The notes under the pieces: generated by a model | Databases searched by the model: none | What the model was told of the DNA's origin: nothing | Seen by the model: only the letters and a program-made list of their open reading frames with translations | Shown: positions 59,698-64,000 of the stretch, in pieces | Layout: every line of letters begins with the position of its first letter | How positions within the stretch are numbered: position 1 is the stretch's first letter | DNA from: an uncultured Acidimicrobiia bacterium | Lineage (GTDB): Bacteria > Actinomycetota > Acidimicrobiia > Spongiisociales > JAENVV01 | NCBI GenBank assembly: GCA_963698385.1 | Contig: CAVOQP010000006.1 | Coordinates: 150,318-214,317, forward strand | Direction of reading: 5' to 3' | DNA length: 64,000 bases | Program-made: the position numbers and the translations under genes

Positions 59698-60384
59698 TCA
59701 CATCGATCGCCTGGCCAGCACGAGGGCCTCTGCGGTCTGGGCGGCGACGGCCGCGTCGCGGCAGTAGGCGTCGGCGCCGACTGCCTTGCCGAACTCCTCG
59801 TTGAGTGGTGCACCCCCGACCAGCACGATGTACTGGTCGCGGAGGTTCCGGGCGATGAGGGTGTCGATCACCACCTTCATGTAGGGCATCGTCGTGGTGA
59901 GCAAGGCAGACATGCCGAGGATGTCCGGCTGGTGTTCCTCGAGGGCTGCGAGGAACTCCTCGGCATCGGTGTTGATGCCGAGGTCGATCACCTCGAAGCC
60001 GGCGCCTTCCAGCATCATCCCGACGAGGTTCTTGCCGATGTCGTGGATGTCGCCCTTGACGGTGCCCAGCACCACCTTGCCGATGGTGGATGCCCCGGTC
60101 TCGGCGAGGAGTGGGCGGAGGAGGCTCATGCCCGCCTTCATGGCGTTGGCCGAGAGCAGCACCTCGGGCACGAAGAGGATGCCGTCGCGGAAGTCGATGC
60201 CGACGATGCGCATCCCTTCGACGAGGGCCTCGCTGAGCACCCGTTGGGGATCCCAGCCCCGGCCGAGGAGGATCCGTGTTCCCTCGGCGATCTCATCGGC
60301 GAGGCCGTCGTAGAGGTCGTCGTGCATCTGGGGGACGAGGTCGTCGTCGGGGAGCGTGGAGAGGTCGAGGTTGTCGTCAGCCAT
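59698..60384 (-). CDS. cobalamin-binding corrinoid protein (MtgC/MtbC-like)
   Basis: B12-binding motif GTVKGDIHDIGKNLV (DxHxxG) with Rossmann-like domain and N-terminal helical cap. 228 aa. Confidence 0.8.
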   Translation of the reverse strand: MADDNLDLSTLPDDDLVPQMHDDLYDGLADEIAEGTRILLGRGWDPQRVLSEALVEGMRIVGIDFRDGILFVPEVLLSANAMKAGMSLLRPLLAETGASTIGKVVLGTVKGDIHDIGKNLVGMMLEGAGFEVIDLGINTDAEEFLAALEEHQPDILGMSALLTTTMPYMKVVIDTLIARNLRDQYIVLVGGAPLNEEFGKAVGADAYCRDAAVAAQTAEALVLARRSM

Positions 60385-60417
60385 GGCAGGCTCCTGGAGG
60401 GGTTGTCACGCACTGGC

Positions 60418-60434
60418 ATTCCACGATGTGGAAT
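60418..60434. promoter_or_regulatory. perfect palindrome attccac-gat-gtggaat ~35-50 bp upstream of the corrinoid-protein gene; candidate operator for the adjacent GntR regulator
   Basis: Direct reading: cattccacgatgtggaatcg, in the 185-bp leader of the methyltransferase operon. Confidence 0.35.
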
Positions 60435-60569
60435 CGTCTTGCGATATGGAACAAACGATAGCTCACGCCCCGCTCGTCGTCCATCAATCCCGCGGGGATT
60501 TCGCAATGGTGCGTCGCTCCGAGCGCGCCTCCTGACAGGAGGTGGACTCGTCCGATTCGGGGGTGGTCG

Positions 60570-61226
60570 TCAGATGATCGAGCGGACGGCGCGTTCAAAG
60601 CCGCGCACGTGCCGTCTCGCCACCGCGCGGGACCGGGTGGCATCACCGGCGAGCACTGCGTCGATGAGTTCCACGTGCTCCTCCACATGGCTGGAGATGT
60701 CGGGGAGGCGCTCGATGAAGAGGTGCCAGATCCGGAGCGCCAGGTTGTGGTACATCGTGGCGGTGGCCGTGAGGAACCGGTTGTGGGCGGCGGCATAGAT
60801 CGCCCGGTGGACCTCGGTGTCGACGCGGATCTGGGCGGCGATGGTCGTGGCCCGGAGCGTTGGGGTGAGGGCCTCGAGGGCCACCCGATCGGTATCGGTG
60901 GCTCGCCCGGCGGCCGATGCAGCGGCGTGCCCCTCCAACTCCTCGCGCAGGTCGGTGATCAGGGCGAGGTCGGCGATGTTGATGTCGGCTGCGAAGGTGC
61001 CCCGCCTCGGGTAGACCCTGACCAGTTGCTCACCCTCGAGGCGATGGACCGCCTCCCGCAAGGGTGTGCGGCCGACCCCGATCCGCTCCATGAGCTCGGC
61101 TTCCGGCAGCGGGGCGCCCGGCGGGATACCGAGCGTGATCAGCAGGTCCCGCAGCTCTTCGTAGGCCTCGTCGGCCCGGGAGACGTTTCCCCGTTGGAGT
61201 GCATGCACTGACATCCTGATCACCAA
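60570..61226 (-). CDS. GntR family transcriptional regulator (FadR-like C-terminal domain)
   Basis: wHTH (AYEELRDLLITLGIPPGAPLPEAELMERIGVGRTPLREAVHRLEGEQLVRV) plus all-helical FCD domain. Confidence 0.8.
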   Translation of the reverse strand: MVIRMSVHALQRGNVSRADEAYEELRDLLITLGIPPGAPLPEAELMERIGVGRTPLREAVHRLEGEQLVRVYPRRGTFAADINIADLALITDLREELEGHAAASAAGRATDTDRVALEALTPTLRATTIAAQIRVDTEVHRAIYAAAHNRFLTATATMYHNLALRIWHLFIERLPDISSHVEEHVELIDAVLAGDATRSRAVARRHVRGFERAVRSII

Positions 61227-61295
61227 TCATACACATCTGATATATTTCAAGCCACCACCCGTAGGGTGGGCAGTCCACGAGCGGAGGCATGACCC

Positions 61296-63821
61296 ATGAG
61301 CGAATTCCCGTCACAGGCCAGGGTGGTCATCATCGGGGCCGGGATCGTCGGCAACAGCCTGCTCGGACACCTGGCAGACCTCGGGTGGGATGACATGGTC
61401 CTCATCGACAAGGGCCCTCTCCCGAACCCCGGGGGGTCGACCGGCCACGCCTCGAACTTCATCTTCCCCACGGACCACAACAAGGAGATGGCCTTCCTCA
61501 CGGTCGAGAGCCAGCGCCAATACGAGGTCGCCGGGTTCAACACGGTGTGTGGCGGTATCGAGGTGGCTCGCACCCCCGAGCGCATGGAGGAGTTCCGTCG
61601 CCGGATGACCTCGGCCAAGTCGTACGGCATCGAATCCGAGCTGCTGACCCCCGCCGAGGTGAAGGAGTTGGTCCCATTCATCACCGAGGATGTGATCCTC
61701 GGGGGATTCCACACCCCGAGCGTCAGCGTCGTCGACTCGCTCGGCTATGGCACTTTCATGCGCGACCGGGCGAAGAACGCCGGCGCCGCCCAGGTGTTCG
61801 CCAACACCGAGGTGCTCGACCTCGAAACGGAACCCACCCCCTACGGACGACCCCGGGTCACGGCCGTGGTGACCGACCGCGGCCGAATCGAGGTGGAGCA
61901 TGTCGTGGTCGCGTGTGGCGTGTGGAGTCCCCGGATTGCGGCCATGGCCGGAGCAACGATCCCCCTCACGCCGGCCGTGCACCAGATGGCGGACGTCGGG
62001 CCGATCGATGTGCTGGCGGCCACCGGCAACGAGATCGGGTACCCGATCGTCAGGGACATGGACACATTCATGTACGAGCGTCAATCCGCCGGGTCGATGG
62101 AGGTCGGGTCGTACGCCCACCGCCCGATCTTCGTCCACCCGGATGAGATCCCCTCCAATGACGAAGCCGCACTCTCACCGACCGAGATGCCCTTCACCCC
62201 CGACGACTTCGACGACCAGATGGAGGATGCGCTGGAGCTCATGGGCGACATCCTCGAGACCGCCGAGATCCGATACGCCATCAACGGCCTGCTGTCGCTC
62301 ACACCCGATGCCATGCCGGTCCTGGGAGAGACGGTGGAGGTGGCGAACCTCTGGTCCGCTGCGGCCGTATGGATCAAGGAGGGCCCGGGGATCGCCCAGA
62401 TGATCGCCGAGTGGATGACCCACGGGTATCCACACATGTGTGACCCGCACGGCTCCGACATTGCCCGCCTCTACCCGCACGAACGCTCGGAGTCCCACAT
62501 CAATGCCCGATGCGCCGAGCACTTCAACAAGACGTACGGCATCGTCCATCCCCGTGAGCAATGGGCCAGTCGCCGTGGCCTCAAGCGATCGCCATTCCAC
62601 GCCCGCGAGGAGGCGCTCGGGGCCGCCTTCTACGACGCCCGGGGCTGGGAGCGGCCCCAGTGGTATGAGACCAACACCGACCTCGTTGAACGGTACGGGG
62701 TCGAGGATCGTCCCCACGAGTGGGACCGCCGCTGGTGGTCGCCGATCATCAACGCCGAACACCTCCACCTCCGAGAGAAGGTGGGCATGGTCGACCTCAC
62801 CGCCTTCCAGGTCTTCGAAGTCACCGGGCCCGGGGTGGTCGACTACATGCAGAAGATGACGGTCAACAGCGTGGAGGTGGCCGTGGGCCGGTCCGTCTAC
62901 ACACCGGTACTCACCGAACATGGCGGATTCAGATCGGACCTCACGGTGCTGCGTCTCGGAGCCGACCGGTATCGGATCGTCACCGGAGCCTTCGACGGCG
63001 GGCGGGACGAGTACTGGTTCCGCCGCAACCTCCCTGGTGATGGTTCCGTGCAGTTCGAGAACCGAACGTCGAGCCTCACGACCATCGGCGTCTGGGGACC
63101 CGACGCCCGTCGGGTGGTCGAAGTCGCCGCCGAAGGCGACGTCTCCGAGGAGGCAATCCCCTACGGGTCGGTCAGGGACGTGCTGATCGCCGGCGTCCCT
63201 TGCACACTCTTCCGCATCTCCTACGTCGGTGACCTCGGGTTCGAGATCTACACCGCGATGGAGTACGGCCTCGGCGTGTGGGACGCCCTGGCGGAGGCGG
63301 GCCGCGCCTTCGACATCCGGCCGGTGGGGATCGGCGTATATGGCACCACGGGTCGGCTCGAGAAGGGGTACCGCCTCATGGGTGCCGAGCTCGAGTCCGA
63401 ATACACGCCGGTCGAGGCCGGACTCGCCCGACCCCGAGTGAAGGCGGCGGACTTCATCGGCAAGGAGGCGTACCTGGCAGCCCGCGAAGAGGACCCGGTG
63501 GCGATCCTGTGCACGTTGACCATGGACTCCCACGAGGATGCGTCCGGGGTGAGGCGGTATCCGACTGGGGGAAACGAGCCGATCCTCACTCTCGACGGAG
63601 ACCGGATCGTCGATGCGAAAGGCCGTGTCTCCAGGGTCACCTCCGCCGGTGCCGGGCCGTCCCTCGGGGCGTACCTGTTGTTGGCCTACCTGCCTCCCGA
63701 CCACGCCGTGGAGGGTGCGAAGCTGCAGGTCATGTACATGAACGAGTGTTTCCCGGTGACGGTTGCCCGGGTCGGGAGCGAGCCCCTGTTCGACCCGGAC
63801 GACAGTCGGATGAAGTCCTGA
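61296..63821 (+). CDS. dimethylglycine/sarcosine dehydrogenase family enzyme (FAD-dependent oxidoreductase fused to GcvT-like tetrahydrofolate-binding aminomethyltransferase domain)
   Basis: N-terminal FAD fold VVIIGAGIVGNSLLGHLADLGW. C-terminal GcvT-like domains (MVDLTAFQVFEVTGPG...YVGDLGFEIY). 841 aa. Confidence 0.8.
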   Translation: MSEFPSQARVVIIGAGIVGNSLLGHLADLGWDDMVLIDKGPLPNPGGSTGHASNFIFPTDHNKEMAFLTVESQRQYEVAGFNTVCGGIEVARTPERMEEFRRRMTSAKSYGIESELLTPAEVKELVPFITEDVILGGFHTPSVSVVDSLGYGTFMRDRAKNAGAAQVFANTEVLDLETEPTPYGRPRVTAVVTDRGRIEVEHVVVACGVWSPRIAAMAGATIPLTPAVHQMADVGPIDVLAATGNEIGYPIVRDMDTFMYERQSAGSMEVGSYAHRPIFVHPDEIPSNDEAALSPTEMPFTPDDFDDQMEDALELMGDILETAEIRYAINGLLSLTPDAMPVLGETVEVANLWSAAAVWIKEGPGIAQMIAEWMTHGYPHMCDPHGSDIARLYPHERSESHINARCAEHFNKTYGIVHPREQWASRRGLKRSPFHAREEALGAAFYDARGWERPQWYETNTDLVERYGVEDRPHEWDRRWWSPIINAEHLHLREKVGMVDLTAFQVFEVTGPGVVDYMQKMTVNSVEVAVGRSVYTPVLTEHGGFRSDLTVLRLGADRYRIVTGAFDGGRDEYWFRRNLPGDGSVQFENRTSSLTTIGVWGPDARRVVEVAAEGDVSEEAIPYGSVRDVLIAGVPCTLFRISYVGDLGFEIYTAMEYGLGVWDALAEAGRAFDIRPVGIGVYGTTGRLEKGYRLMGAELESEYTPVEAGLARPRVKAADFIGKEAYLAAREEDPVAILCTLTMDSHEDASGVRRYPTGGNEPILTLDGDRIVDAKGRVSRVTSAGAGPSLGAYLLLAYLPPDHAVEGAKLQVMYMNECFPVTVARVGSEPLFDPDDSRMKS

Positions 63822-63824
63822 GAT

Positions 63825-64000
63825 GAGGGTCCTCGTCTGTATCAAGCGGGTTCCGGCGTCCGGTGCCCGCATCAACGTCACAGAGGACGGCATGGCGGTG
63901 GACACCTCCCATCTCGGCTTCACCATGAGTCCCCACGAGGAGTGTGCGGTGGAGGAGGCGGTTCGCATCGTCGAACGGGAAGGCGGCAGCGCCACCGTGC
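63825..64000 (+). CDS. etfB: electron transfer flavoprotein beta subunit, N-terminal fragment (3' end outside window)
   Basis: MRVLVCIKRVPASGARINVTEDGMAVDTSHLGFTMSPHEECAVEEAVRIVE matches the conserved EtfB N-terminus. Starts 4 nt after the dehydrogenase stop. Confidence 0.6.

Overview
This is a high-GC (about 68-70%) chromosomal segment of actinobacterial type (class-level guess only; not verifiable here). It is densely packed with about 55 protein-coding genes, many with ATGA/GTGA start-stop overlaps. I found no rRNA, tRNA, CRISPR array, transposase or integrase by eye.

Gene content by coordinate:
- 1-6.1 kb: mfd 3' end, a parvulin-type PPIase lipoprotein, a YabN-type mazG, and an ABC-F ATPase.
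- 6.1-7.3 kb: a small lipoprotein and rpe.
- 7.5-14.8 kb: a carbohydrate block of msiK-like ATPase, a sugar-binding lipoprotein, a frameshifted GH57 lipoprotein and a GH13 alpha-glucosidase, with no permease genes.
- 15-18.8 kb: livH (carrying an N-terminal secreted beta-sandwich extension), livM, livG and livF.
- 18.8-22.1 kb: PAC2, a 2-hydroxyacid dehydrogenase, and the livK-type binding protein displaced and on the opposite strand.
- 22.2-25.7 kb: DUF402 and 2-oxoglutarate:ferredoxin oxidoreductase korAB.
- 25.8-29.6 kb: thiolase, then an amidase plus a DUF3048 lipoprotein flanked by near-identical short tandem repeats.
- 30.0-30.8 kb: the divergent nickel superoxide dismutase pair sodN/sodX.
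- 30.9-35.4 kb: a DHOD-like protein and a 1189-aa pyruvate:ferredoxin oxidoreductase.
- 35.5-42.3 kb: metG, a zinc-ribbon adenylate cyclase, a lipoprotein, a solitary PIN-like protein, a membrane protein, and an ABC-2 exporter.
- 42.3-49.2 kb: a PAS-GGDEF-EAL protein, the branched-chain keto-acid dehydrogenase E1alpha/E1beta/E2 operon with a divergent Lrp, and an orphan dppBC permease pair.
- 51.5-53.5 kb: a family III CoA-transferase and an IclR regulator.

The most coherent 'system' is a corrinoid-dependent quaternary-amine (probably glycine betaine) demethylation cluster at 53.5-64 kb. It comprises MetF-like reductase, a non-pyrrolysine MttB-superfamily methyltransferase, a RamA/RACo-type activase, a pterin-binding methyl-cobalamin:THF methyltransferase, a small unknown ORF, DUF1638, a corrinoid protein, a GntR regulator, a divergent dimethylglycine dehydrogenase, and etfB.

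A family of short (6-10 nt) tandem repeats recurs in at least six intergenic or 3'-end positions.
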